This document shows, one piece after another, positions 38,567 through 48,587 of a stretch of 50,393 nucleotides of DNA. Within the stretch, counting starts at the first letter, position 1. Each line of letters opens with the position of its first letter. The position numbers and the translations under genes were made by a program. The notes under the pieces were generated by a model. That model did no database searches. It was not told the DNA's origin and saw nothing but the letters and a program-made list of their open reading frames with translations. Source of the stretch: an uncultured Pirellulaceae bacterium (GTDB taxonomy: Bacteria; Planctomycetota; Planctomycetia; Pirellulales; Pirellulaceae); NCBI GenBank assembly GCA_964652675.1, contig CAZZDZ010000005.1:1-50393 (forward strand), in the 5' to 3' direction.

Positions 38567-38720
38567 GTGTCGTTTCGCTTGCGAAAAAGGGTCCGTGTCG
38601 ATAACAGTTTTTCTGTGGTAAGTTGTAGTCAGCGTGTGGAAGGTCTGCACGGCCTGGTCGGTTGTCTGTCGACAGAATCAATCGCTTGGCCACTGCACTT
38701 GAGAAATGGTTGGCAAGCCG

Positions 38721-39545
38721 ATGGCGGATAAAGTCGCACACTTAATTTTCGATGCCGAAAGTATCGCCGACGGCGAACTGATTGCGAAAGTGCGCTATCC
38801 GGGACAAAATCTCGCACCAAAAGAGGCGGTTCAAAAATACCAAGACGAGTTGATGGAACAAAAGGGTTCAACCTTTATTCCCCATACGTTTCAAATCCCA
38901 ATCTCCGTCGTGATTGCGAAAGTCAGCGAAGGGTTTGAACTGATGGACATCGTCTCGCTGGACGAACCAGAATTCCGAAGCCACTTGATCACGGCGAATT
39001 TCTGGAAGGGTTGGGAAGTTTATCGAAGGCCCCAGTGGGTGACTTTCAACGGCCGATCGTTCGACATGCCGCTAATGGAGTTGGCAGCTTATCGATACGG
39101 AATCCCATTGAAACGCTGGTTCACCGGCGAAGGCTACAAGTCTCCACGAAACCGATTCAACGGTGACGCGCATTTGGATCTACAAGAATTGCTGACAAAT
39201 TTTGGGGCTGCACGCTTAAACGGGGGCTTAAACTTGGCCGCACAACTGTTGGGCAAACCCGGAAAAATGGATTTGCGCGGTGACCAAGTCCAAAAGCAGT
39301 ACGACGATGGCGAGTTGCAATCAATTAGCGACTACTGCCGCTGCGATGTCCTGGATACTTATTTTGTCTTTCTGCGTTCGATGGTTCTGGTTGGACGACT
39401 GACATTAGAACGAGAGATCCAGATCGTTGCGGATGCAAAAGCCTGGATCGAAGAGAGAGCCAGCAAATGCGAAGCCTACAGCGCTTATCTGGAACACTGG
39501 GGCGATTGGCGTGATCCATGGGAAGCCGAAGAGCTTGTTTCATAG
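38721..39545 (+). CDS. PolB-like 3'-5' exonuclease (DEDDy, stand-alone)
   Basis: FDAES, TFNGRSFD, YCRCDV. Confidence 0.88.
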   Translation: MADKVAHLIFDAESIADGELIAKVRYPGQNLAPKEAVQKYQDELMEQKGSTFIPHTFQIPISVVIAKVSEGFELMDIVSLDEPEFRSHLITANFWKGWEVYRRPQWVTFNGRSFDMPLMELAAYRYGIPLKRWFTGEGYKSPRNRFNGDAHLDLQELLTNFGAARLNGGLNLAAQLLGKPGKMDLRGDQVQKQYDDGELQSISDYCRCDVLDTYFVFLRSMVLVGRLTLEREIQIVADAKAWIEERASKCEAYSAYLEHWGDWRDPWEAEELVS

Positions 39546-39762
39546 CAAGGTTGAATCGTCGTGAAACCCTCTGGCGTGAAACTTGATCGTGACGCCACGC
39601 AGACTTCAAAACTTGCGGTTCGGGTTGGAAATGTCGACATCCCGCAGATTCACTCTTTACCCCGGTTGATCTGCACCAGTAGTGTTGGTCTTTGGAAGAA
39701 TGCGAAGCCCAGGAAGTTTTGGGACCGCGACAGATCACAAACCGATAGAGATGAACCGGTAG

Positions 39763-42700
39763 ATGGCCAGACACGGAAGTCAGTGCCAACCGAGAGTACA
39801 CACGTACGCCAGAAAGTTGGCTTGCGCGCAGTGGCTTTGCGCGTTCATGTTAATGTGCGGCCTACTGCAAATTGGCCCACTGCAAATCGGTTCTGCGCAA
39901 GTATTCGCGCAAGACGCCACGACGCAAGCAGATCAACAAAATCAAACAGACCAACAAAATGTTGACGCAAACTTGCAGCTTTCCTGGGCGGCATCGCAAA
40001 ATCAGTTTTGGCGAGTAAGCCTGCGAATCGCTCCCAACCAACAAGGCACGTTTTCCGACTTGCGGAATCACTGCCGGAGCGATCTGGTTACTGGCGCGTT
40101 TGAATTAGCCGCCGACGGAAAGTCCGTGACCTTTTCTCCGCGATTCGCGACCCCCAATGGTCAATTGCGAATTCGATATCAAGGCAGCGAGAGCACCAAA
40201 ATCATTGTTGATGTGGAGGCTGGCCAGCGCCGGCTTTCGGCAACGAAAACTCCAAGCGTTTCAAACTCGAAACAGATTCCTGTTTCGCAACTACTTGGCG
40301 GTACGCCCGAGCAACAAACAGATGACGCTTCGGTAGCGACTTGGTCGTTGCAACGCGTACCAAATGATGCCTTGCGAATCGAGCTGGCTGATTCAAAAAG
40401 TTACGTCAAGCCTGACGAACCGATTGCGTTTTCGATTGGAACGCGCGGCTTTGTTAATTTCGTCAACAAAAAGCTGTCAGCCCACTACGACGTCGTTCGC
40501 GTGGCCGATGGCAAAGTCGTACACCAAGACGATCAAACGATACAGACCGACGGATCAGGAAACTCAAATCTGGTTTCGGTAAGCGTGCCGCGACCTGATC
40601 AACCCGGCGCGTATGAAATCCGCTGTCGCCTAAGTGAATCGGATCCATCTTGGACTCGTTTTGGCCGCGAACCAGAGTCGCTTGTTCAGACCGCCCAAGC
40701 CGTCCTGGTGATGGCCGACCCAAATCAAAAACTCTCCAAGTCTCAGACGCAATCTTGGCGTCTGCTTGGTCAGATTCAACCTGCCAAACGCCCTGAGTGG
40801 GAGTTGAAACAATGGTTGCCCGGTGGAAACCGCAGCCTGCGATCCCTTGGAGGATCACGCTCGGGCGGATTGGAGCAAGCCAAACACAAAGACACCGTTG
40901 TTTCGCTACTGGATCCCAACGGCACATACGCAACCGCATTGCCGAAGATGCGTGTCGGTTGGCCTCATCGAATCGTTCTTCGTTATCCATCTGGCCAACG
41001 ACTGAAACTGCAGGTGCAAATCGCAGGATCAGAACAATTCGACAACATTCACAAGACAATCGAGTTTCAAGAAACACCTCAAGAAAGTTCAAAAGAACCG
41101 TTTCACGAACAGTCCTTTTGGCACTACCCAACTGAAGGCAGCGAGTTCATTCGGCTGACCAACACGACCAGCGACGAGGTCCTGTCGTTTGCGTCGATCG
41201 ATGTTTTGGGTGGCCCCTATCGCATCAATACCGCCGACCACAGCGTTGATCCATCGCAGCGACTAGCGGTTTTGCATCTGGCTGATTTCAATTGGGTCAA
41301 TCAAATTACTGCAGATCAAGCCAATCGATTGTCAAGCGAGAGTTTTCTACGCAGTAGTGTGGAAATGCATCGATTGTTTTTGGCAACGGAGCGATTGCAA
41401 GATTACCTGAAAGTCGCTGGCTACAACACGGTTTCCGTCCCAGGAAATGTTGGCGGCAATGCTTGGTACTCTTGCCCCACTTTCGCCGCAAACCAAAGTA
41501 ACGGTGACCGTCGTTCGCTTCTGACGCTGTTCATGCAAATGATGGACACAACGGATTTGAAAGTGTTGGTTGGGGTCGATCCGCGGCTGACACTGTCAAG
41601 TGTTGAATCGGAAATGCAACTTTCAAATCAACCTTTGACAAACTGGCTGCGAGTTCGGTCAAGTCAAGTCATGGCGACGCAGTACAATTTGCTTAATGAA
41701 GTCGTTCAATCCAGTTTGATTTCTTGGATGCAGCATCTTGCTGGCCAGCTAAGTGTGCATCGCTGCTACAGCGGAATGGTGATCCACAGCGGTCGCAATA
41801 GTCACTGCAAAAATCTAACTCCATCGGTCATTGCGAGCGAAGATACACTGCGGTTGATCTTCCGTTCGACGGGCAAAGACACCGCTAACGCAACGCTGGC
41901 ACAGTTGCGCACTTGGTCTCAGTCGGAGGGTCGCGAGATTATCCAACAATGGTGCGACTTGCAAACCACGGTCGCGCGAAATCGAATCGCCAAAGTTGTA
42001 CCAGGCAAGACTCTGTTTGTCGGAGTTCCCAGAAAGACGATCGAAAGAAAGAGTTTCTACGATGTCGCGGACATGCGGCGCAGTGGAAACGGATCACCGA
42101 AAGTAGACGCTGACGACATTGATGATGTTGATCGTGGCGCGATCATTGGCACAGCCCAAGCCTCCAATGGAGCTTCGGTTCCGGTTCATTCGCTGCAATC
42201 GGTCACGGATTTATCCAAGGCACTCGACTTGGTGGACCCAGAGGTGCTTTTGTTTTCCGAATCCGCGTTAACAACGGCGTGGCATCGGGAGCTGGCAGAC
42301 GCGATCAGAACATTCACGATGTTGCCAGCGTCACCGATGCGAGATGTAGCCAACTCCGATCCCGGTATGAAAACGGCTCGTGTTCGCTACGGGTTGCGAG
42401 GCGGAACCACGATCGTTTCAGTCATAAATGCAGCGCCGTGGAGTTCGCTTATCGAAATGCAATTCAACGGCGAACATCCGTGGCGATCCGTTTTGGCGGA
42501 TTCAAAAGAAAAACCCGAGCCAACTGTAAAGCCGGAACCGTCTGATGCGAATGATGGTACGAACTGGTCGGCAAATGGAACGATCATTCGCGCTCTATTG
42601 GAACCAGGCCGGACGCTTGTGTTGGCGTCGCCTGCATCGGGAGCAGACGCGCCGCCGATGTCGTGGACGTCACAAGTTGACGGCGGCGAAGACGCATTGA

Positions 42701-43494
42701 AAAAGATTCAAAAACAAGTCACCACTGTGGTCGAGCGAATCGGTAGCCTGAGTACTCCCGATAGTTATTTTGCGTTGACCAATGGTAGCTTTGAACAAGT
42801 CGGAGGCGTTGGAATCCCAGGATGGATGCACAAGCAACATCCGCCAGACGCCGTTCGAATCGACGCGAGAGAAGCGTCCGAAGGTTCCAGCTCCGTTTTA
42901 TTGAAAACCGATGCTGCCAACCCTGGGCGCACGTGGATCGTGAGTGAGCAATTGCAACCACCCCAATCCGGTCGACTGGCGGTTTCGATGGCGTGCCGCG
43001 GTGAACTGATTGTTGGCAACACGACCACACACAAAATCAAGGTCTCGATCGAGGGGACTCGATCGACGACACCGGTTCGACATTCGCAAGAATTTGAAAT
43101 ACCGCGCGACGGAAAGTGGCAACCACGTGTCGTCGTTTTGGAAGCATTGCATATCGATCCGACGACAGTTGATTCGATCCGACTAACAATTGACAGCTTG
43201 TCACCTGGGCGGGTCTGGGTCGACGATATTCATCTTCATGATAGGTTCTCCACCGCCAAGGAACGTGGGGATTTGCAGGGTGAAGCGTTTTTGGCAGTGC
43301 AAGGATTGCAGCAGGGAAACTTGACTCCAGCAGCACAACTGTTGAAGAATGACTGGGCGCGTCACTTGCTAGCCAGAAAACCCGCCAAACCGGTGCTCAC
43401 TATCCAGCCAGCACGCGCGGCTCCTTTGCGAAAGGAACCACCCAGCGTCGCTGATCGTATAAAGAGTTGGATCCCCAAGCCGTTGCGGTTCTAA
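39763..43494 (+). CDS. Large exported hypothetical protein; possible degenerate GHL10-like barrel and C-terminal CBM-like domain
   Basis: 1243-aa ORF with N-terminal hydrophobic segment; LQDYLKVAGYNTV and YNLLNEVVQ segments; LTNGSFE..IPGW...VWVDDI CBM pattern. Confidence 0.65.
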   Translation: MARHGSQCQPRVHTYARKLACAQWLCAFMLMCGLLQIGPLQIGSAQVFAQDATTQADQQNQTDQQNVDANLQLSWAASQNQFWRVSLRIAPNQQGTFSDLRNHCRSDLVTGAFELAADGKSVTFSPRFATPNGQLRIRYQGSESTKIIVDVEAGQRRLSATKTPSVSNSKQIPVSQLLGGTPEQQTDDASVATWSLQRVPNDALRIELADSKSYVKPDEPIAFSIGTRGFVNFVNKKLSAHYDVVRVADGKVVHQDDQTIQTDGSGNSNLVSVSVPRPDQPGAYEIRCRLSESDPSWTRFGREPESLVQTAQAVLVMADPNQKLSKSQTQSWRLLGQIQPAKRPEWELKQWLPGGNRSLRSLGGSRSGGLEQAKHKDTVVSLLDPNGTYATALPKMRVGWPHRIVLRYPSGQRLKLQVQIAGSEQFDNIHKTIEFQETPQESSKEPFHEQSFWHYPTEGSEFIRLTNTTSDEVLSFASIDVLGGPYRINTADHSVDPSQRLAVLHLADFNWVNQITADQANRLSSESFLRSSVEMHRLFLATERLQDYLKVAGYNTVSVPGNVGGNAWYSCPTFAANQSNGDRRSLLTLFMQMMDTTDLKVLVGVDPRLTLSSVESEMQLSNQPLTNWLRVRSSQVMATQYNLLNEVVQSSLISWMQHLAGQLSVHRCYSGMVIHSGRNSHCKNLTPSVIASEDTLRLIFRSTGKDTANATLAQLRTWSQSEGREIIQQWCDLQTTVARNRIAKVVPGKTLFVGVPRKTIERKSFYDVADMRRSGNGSPKVDADDIDDVDRGAIIGTAQASNGASVPVHSLQSVTDLSKALDLVDPEVLLFSESALTTAWHRELADAIRTFTMLPASPMRDVANSDPGMKTARVRYGLRGGTTIVSVINAAPWSSLIEMQFNGEHPWRSVLADSKEKPEPTVKPEPSDANDGTNWSANGTIIRALLEPGRTLVLASPASGADAPPMSWTSQVDGGEDALKKIQKQVTTVVERIGSLSTPDSYFALTNGSFEQVGGVGIPGWMHKQHPPDAVRIDAREASEGSSSVLLKTDAANPGRTWIVSEQLQPPQSGRLAVSMACRGELIVGNTTTHKIKVSIEGTRSTTPVRHSQEFEIPRDGKWQPRVVVLEALHIDPTTVDSIRLTIDSLSPGRVWVDDIHLHDRFSTAKERGDLQGEAFLAVQGLQQGNLTPAAQLLKNDWARHLLARKPAKPVLTIQPARAAPLRKEPPSVADRIKSWIPKPLRF

Positions 43495-43526
43495 ATCAGA
43501 TTCATCCGTCAGAGGAGATAGTTTTG

Positions 43527-44306
43527 ATGCGTGTTTGGATTAAGCGAATCGCCATCACGATAGGTCTCCTGATTTTAGTTGGCTGTGGCGTCGCTTGGTG
43601 GGCAGTTCGTCAAACGAAACATGTCCCCGAATTCTACGCACGCGCCAAAGAGCGGCTACCCGAAAAAACAGTCGAAGCAAGTCGGCGGCTTCAGCAGGAT
43701 GTCGAACAACTACAAAGCGATGCCGCCAAGCCAGGATTGTGGCGAGCAAGATTTAGTGATTCTGAAATCAATTCGTGGTTAATCGAAGAACTACCAAAAC
43801 GTTTCCCCGCGTTGACGCAGCGTGGTGTCAGCGATCCACGGATCGTGATCGAAGACGATCGGTTGCTTGTTGCCGCCCGCTACAAAGACAAGCGAATCGA
43901 TACGGTTATCTCATGTGAGTTAGAAGTAGAGCTTACCCAAGAAGCCAATATGCTGGCGATCCGTTTGTTCAAGTTGAGCGCAGGTGCATTGCCGTTACCG
44001 TTAGAAAAATTCCTGAGCGGAATCACCAAGGAAGCTGCTCGAGGTGATATCGATGTCCGATGGGATATGACCGATGACGGCCCCGTTGCTTTGGTAACCG
44101 TACCGAGCGAACATCCCCACTATGTGATCAATCCAGTCATCGTTGAATCGGTCGAATTGAAATCCGGCGACCTATTGTTATCGGGCCACACGGGGGCGTT
44201 GGCCGAAGAGTCTTTTCAACCGCGTGGGTCGATTCATCGATTCGTATCGTTCCGCCCCAAACACAACTCCCATTCGTCTGGCAAGTCGATACGGCCACTG
44301 CGATAA
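43527..44306 (+). CDS. Membrane-anchored hypothetical protein
   Basis: GAGGAG RBS, N-terminal TM, SEINSWL motif. Confidence 0.7.
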   Translation: MRVWIKRIAITIGLLILVGCGVAWWAVRQTKHVPEFYARAKERLPEKTVEASRRLQQDVEQLQSDAAKPGLWRARFSDSEINSWLIEELPKRFPALTQRGVSDPRIVIEDDRLLVAARYKDKRIDTVISCELEVELTQEANMLAIRLFKLSAGALPLPLEKFLSGITKEAARGDIDVRWDMTDDGPVALVTVPSEHPHYVINPVIVESVELKSGDLLLSGHTGALAEESFQPRGSIHRFVSFRPKHNSHSSGKSIRPLR

Positions 44307-44704
44307 AAACCCAGGCGATAAAAACCCAGTGACTGCTGCTTGTCGTGACCGCCTTGGTCTGCGGGTTCTTTCCAGGCAACACGACATCGGAACATCTTTT
44401 CGCTCGCTTGGGCGATTTCGTAAGTCCCGCGTGCGACCTGCGAAACCACACCTCGATCGTCGCCAATATCGCCTTGGATTTCCAAGTACGCGGCGCGATG
44501 TGCTGGAAGTTTAGTCGCGCTGATGCTGGCGTCTTGCATCAGTGAATCAATCGGGTCGGTCGACCACGTTCGCAGGGCACCGTCGACCAAGAACATCCAA
44601 TCGTAGTGGACCGAATCGACCGTTACGCCATCTCGCGTCGGACAGGATCCGACTTGATGACGTAAGACGACGAATTGCGAAACGGCTTGAGGATTCGTTG
44701 TCAT
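44234..44704 (-). CDS. Stand-alone LigD phosphoesterase (LigD_N/PE)-like domain protein
   Basis: FVVLRH, HYDWM, GALRTWS, HRAAYLE.QG, RGTY. Confidence 0.75.
   Translation of the reverse strand: MTTNPQAVSQFVVLRHQVGSCPTRDGVTVDSVHYDWMFLVDGALRTWSTDPIDSLMQDASISATKLPAHRAAYLEIQGDIGDDRGVVSQVARGTYEIAQASEKMFRCRVAWKEPADQGGHDKQQSLGFYRLGFYRSGRIDLPDEWELCLGRNDTNR
44300..44329 (+). repeat. Perfect 15-bp tandem duplication spanning the stop codon
   Basis: GCGATAAAAACCCAG x2; TAA at 44304-44306; reads LGFYR twice on the opposite strand. Confidence 0.9.
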
Positions 44705-44706
44705 GG

Positions 44707-47070
44707 TTATGGTTGACTGGCGGATTCGTAACGCTGCAGCAAACTTGGTTGCTGCGGTGCGTTGGTCAACAAGATGTACTTTGCACGCCGCATCGATTCT
44801 TGTTTTTCACCTTGCAACACCAAGAGATCGATCGCAGCCAGTTTTGCATCGTGCCACGCTTGCGAACCTTTCGGAAGCCCACTGGCCAATCGATCCCAAA
44901 TTTTGATCGCTTCGGCCCGGCATGCTGGCGAATCAGCGGATGCCAAAGTCTTCGCAAAATCTCTCCAGATTTCGCCCGCGTTATTCGAACCGCTTGCGGC
45001 TTTGGAAATCCGCTCAACGGCTTGGTCGATCTCGCCATTCCAAACCAGAATCGTCGCCTCGTCCTGCAAAGAATCGCTGCCCCATGTTTTCAATAGGTTC
45101 GCGATCTTTCTGCGAGTCGTTGGGTCTTGATCTCCATCACGCATCAACCGCCAGCGAGCTGCCGCCAGTTGATTCTCGGGAGCTTTCGCCAGCGTCGTTG
45201 TGTTGCCTCGGCGAAAATCCAGCAGCTCTCCAGCGAACTTGTCTGCTTGGTTTTCAGCGGTGAATGTTGTCGGCAAATTGCCCAGTGAAGCCACGTCTGC
45301 CAAATAGATCGCGGTTGGAATGTAGCGTTTGCTGATTGCTGGGTTTTCTTGCAGCGTGCGAAAGGCAACGTCGAATTTTTGCAACACGATGGTTGCGGTT
45401 TCTGGATCACTCTCTGTCGCGATGCGAATCCAGCGTTGCATTGCTTCGTCAACTTTTTGTGCTTCGGCGTTGTGCTTCAAAAACGCGGTCGCCATTTCCG
45501 CAGCATCCAAGTCTCGTTTTTGGCGTTTCAGTATTTCCAATAACCAAGTTTGCGCTTTGGCCGCCGAATCGCTCTTTGGCCAAGTCTCGCTTGTTTGTAA
45601 TAGCAGTGATTCGATCTGCTTGGCAGCATCGGGCACCTTGGCTTTTGCCAGCAGCAAAGAAGCTTGTAGGTGTGCGGCGGAAGCCGATTGCGCTGTCGAA
45701 TTCTTGATGGCGATTTCGGCCATGATCGTCGCGGCATCTTTGGACCGCTTGGCTTTGACCAACGCCGCCGCCGCTTCGCTTGCTCGTGTGATCGCTCGCG
45801 ATGGATTGGATTCCGCGCGAGCGGCAGCAGAAAGCAGTTCACCGGCGCGGACTGGATTGTCGCGACGCAACCATTCTTTGCCCTGAGCCGCCACGATCGA
45901 CGGGTCAAGATGACCGGCGCTGGTGGATTTGGAACCAGATTTCATGTTTGACAACGAAATCGCTTCGGCCCGGCGTCGCGCATAAGCTCCATGTCGCCGC
46001 TCGATCGAATCCAGCCAATCGCTAACCTCTGCGTTGCCTTGACGGATTAGCCAATCGAGTTTCGCCAAATCCATTTCAATGGAAACCGCAGTGGGTTGAT
46101 CGGCGTAGAACGCATTGATTCGTCGGCCCGCTTGACTGACACGCCCAAGCGCCAGATCAATGTTGACCATCATGGCTTGGATTCGAGGGGGAATCGGCTT
46201 TCCGACTTCGCGAAGTAGCTCGGCTAGATTGGTTTCGGCACGCTCCGTTGCACCGCCTCGCAAAATCGATTCGACTCTCAATCGCGCGATCTCCAAACGG
46301 GCTCGGCTGTTGACGGGCAAGCTTTGTAGCGTGCTGTCCGCCAATCGTTCTGCTTTGTTCGCGGCGGTCGATTGATCGCGACTCCCACGTGCAAACAGAT
46401 CCGTTTGCATCAGTGCCATGCTGACGACGTCTATTTGTGATTCGTGTTGCATTCGCAGCAGGTCACGTGAAAGCGCTTTTTCTGCCAAATCCGTTTTGCG
46501 TACATTCAGATCACTCTGCGCCTCGCGCAATTCGGTCACGAATTCGTTCATTGCCGTCGTCACCCTCAGCAACCTCGCGAATGCAGCATCCACTCGCTGG
46601 GTATTGGAGAGTGAAATCGCCGCGATCACGACGTCGTGTTTGGCTGCGTCTTGCTGAACGGCAATGGACTGCGCTTTCAAGAAAAGTCGACGGCGGTGAT
46701 CTGGATTGTTTTTCAACAGATCCGCAACGGGTTTCTGAGCCAGAGCAACGGCAGCTTCGTCGAATACCTCTGCGGTCATTTGCTGTTTGGAAAGAACATT
46801 GCTTTGACGGATCGCCCATTTGGCTGCCGCATCGCTGCTTGGTTCAAACGCATTTTGTTCCGATGCACACAACTGCGCCGCTTCGTCGAATCGCTGTCGC
46901 TGAATCAGAGCATTTACCAAATCCAAATCGGGATCGTCGGTTTGACGTTGGACCACTTTGGGCCACGGCGAATCTGCCACCGCCGCAACCGTTGTCGCGA
47001 CAACCAGCAGCCAAGCGAACATCCATCGAATGGGTAGACATGTGAAAGGCATCGCAAACATTTGTCTCAC
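44707..47070 (-). CDS. Exported TPR-like helical protein
   Basis: Signal peptide; all-alpha repeats; stop/start overlap with exbD. Confidence 0.72.
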   Translation of the reverse strand: MRQMFAMPFTCLPIRWMFAWLLVVATTVAAVADSPWPKVVQRQTDDPDLDLVNALIQRQRFDEAAQLCASEQNAFEPSSDAAAKWAIRQSNVLSKQQMTAEVFDEAAVALAQKPVADLLKNNPDHRRRLFLKAQSIAVQQDAAKHDVVIAAISLSNTQRVDAAFARLLRVTTAMNEFVTELREAQSDLNVRKTDLAEKALSRDLLRMQHESQIDVVSMALMQTDLFARGSRDQSTAANKAERLADSTLQSLPVNSRARLEIARLRVESILRGGATERAETNLAELLREVGKPIPPRIQAMMVNIDLALGRVSQAGRRINAFYADQPTAVSIEMDLAKLDWLIRQGNAEVSDWLDSIERRHGAYARRRAEAISLSNMKSGSKSTSAGHLDPSIVAAQGKEWLRRDNPVRAGELLSAAARAESNPSRAITRASEAAAALVKAKRSKDAATIMAEIAIKNSTAQSASAAHLQASLLLAKAKVPDAAKQIESLLLQTSETWPKSDSAAKAQTWLLEILKRQKRDLDAAEMATAFLKHNAEAQKVDEAMQRWIRIATESDPETATIVLQKFDVAFRTLQENPAISKRYIPTAIYLADVASLGNLPTTFTAENQADKFAGELLDFRRGNTTTLAKAPENQLAAARWRLMRDGDQDPTTRRKIANLLKTWGSDSLQDEATILVWNGEIDQAVERISKAASGSNNAGEIWRDFAKTLASADSPACRAEAIKIWDRLASGLPKGSQAWHDAKLAAIDLLVLQGEKQESMRRAKYILLTNAPQQPSLLQRYESASQP

Positions 47071-47510
47071 GGATGCGCGGCAAAGAGAACTCGGTCGGCG
47101 CCTGCATCGCGGGCCGCGTCGTAAGCGGCAATCGCGCTAGCCATCGTGACGCGATCGTCTGGATCGACAATGACCGGAGGCTGTACGCCCAATGCAATGA
47201 TTTCTGCAAGCTTTTGGCGCAGTTCCTTGTAGTCAGCGAGACGTTTTCCGTTTAGTTGAATGTACGTGGTGGCTTCTTGAATCACTAACTTAACAACGAT
47301 TTCGTCGAATGCCTCTACTGGTTCGCTATCGATTTCGTTCAACTGAGAACCGGCTGCTGGAGTTTCGGCCAGCGAGCTTGGCAAGTCATATTCTGGCAAT
47401 TCAAAACTGCTGGTCCAAACAAAGAAAACCAACAACAAAAAGACGACGTCGATCATCGGCGTCATTTGCAGTTCCATCGATTGGCTACTAACTCGATTCG
47501 GCAATTTCAT
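47067..47510 (-). CDS. exbD: ExbD/TolR family protein
   Basis: MTPMIDVVFLLLVFF TM with conserved Asp. Confidence 0.92.
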   Translation of the reverse strand: MKLPNRVSSQSMELQMTPMIDVVFLLLVFFVWTSSFELPEYDLPSSLAETPAAGSQLNEIDSEPVEAFDEIVVKLVIQEATTYIQLNGKRLADYKELRQKLAEIIALGVQPPVIVDPDDRVTMASAIAAYDAARDAGADRVLFAAHP

Positions 47511-47926
47511 GATGTCGGCTCCAGCACGGCGATGGTCGCGTCAGTCACACCCGCCTTGGCGCTCTCGCGTAAAATCGGTTCCACGTATTGGTACTCGACA
47601 TCGCGATCTGTGCGAATTCGTATCGCTGCATTGACGCCTTCTTGGCGAGCCAGGTCTTGCAGAATCAATCGTAGTTGTTCAATCTTGATGACGTCCCCGT
47701 TGACTCGCCATTGGGCCAATGAATCGACGCTGATCGTCAGCGGGGCTCGTTCAAAATCAACCGGGCCGTGTGTCGAAGCGCTCGGTAGGTCCAGCGGCAA
47801 CCGATTCTCTTGTCTGGCCAAATGGCTGGAGACAAGAAAAAAGATAATCAACAGGAATACGACGTCGATCATAGGCGTCATATTTGCGCCGACGCCGCGA
47901 CGATTTGTGCTCGATGGGACTCGCAT
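47507..47926 (-). CDS. exbD: ExbD/TolR family protein
   Basis: NMTPMIDVVFLLIIFF, LDLPSA, IRTDR. Confidence 0.92.
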   Translation of the reverse strand: MRVPSSTNRRGVGANMTPMIDVVFLLIIFFLVSSHLARQENRLPLDLPSASTHGPVDFERAPLTISVDSLAQWRVNGDVIKIEQLRLILQDLARQEGVNAAIRIRTDRDVEYQYVEPILRESAKAGVTDATIAVLEPTS

Positions 47927-47975
47927 GGGTTTATGGTACCTGAACTGGGGGCATTTATCCGATACCCTTTCTGCT

Positions 47976-48554
47976 ATGAAAGACTCGCTTACATTCTTAA
48001 AAACATTCTTGCGTCACCCCACTCAGGTAGGCGCGATCGCTCCCAGCAGCCCAGGATTGGTTGATGCGATGGTGGATTGGTTCGATTGGGAAACAGCGCG
48101 AGGAGTCGTGGAATTTGGCCCTGGTACGGGAGTTTTTACCGAAGCCATTGGGCGGCATCTGCACGCGGATGCAAAGTTCTTCGCGATCGAGCGTTCAGCC
48201 GAAATGGCCGCAGCGGCTCGAAATCGCTGCCCGGATCTTCAAATTTATGAAGACAGCGTGACCAACATCAGCCAATTGTGTGATCAAGAGTCGATGGACC
48301 AGGTCGATGCGATCATATGTGGGTTGCCTTGGGCATCGTTTTCTCAATCGCTGCAAAACGAAATCATGGAGACGATGTTGGAGAAGCTTCGTCCGGGAGG
48401 CCAATTTGCAACATTCGCCTACTGGCAGGGTGTCATCTTGCCCGCCGGACGACGGTTTTCAAAGCGACTTCATAGCACGTTTCAAAGCGTCGAAAGAAGT
48501 CACACGGTTTGGCGAAACTTGCCACCAGCGTTCGTCTATCGCTGCATTCGTTAG
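47976..48554 (+). CDS. PmtA/OlsG-like lipid N-methyltransferase (class I SAM-dependent)
   Basis: FLRHPTQVGAIAPSS, VVEFGPGTG, ICGLP, FATFAY, VWRNLPPAFVY. Confidence 0.85.
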   Translation: MKDSLTFLKTFLRHPTQVGAIAPSSPGLVDAMVDWFDWETARGVVEFGPGTGVFTEAIGRHLHADAKFFAIERSAEMAAAARNRCPDLQIYEDSVTNISQLCDQESMDQVDAIICGLPWASFSQSLQNEIMETMLEKLRPGGQFATFAYWQGVILPAGRRFSKRLHSTFQSVERSHTVWRNLPPAFVYRCIR

Positions 48555-48587
48555 CGTGCGATTGATGGAATTGGACCAAGTCAGTGT

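Noticed and set aside
31101-44704. RtcB, metallophosphoesterase, PolB-exonuclease and LigD-PE as a single nucleic-acid repair island
   Set aside because: They are in separate transcription units interspersed with housekeeping genes
47466-47975. N-terminal 170 aa of the 362-aa methyltransferase ORF
   Set aside because: Antisense to exbD; the true start is ATG 47976
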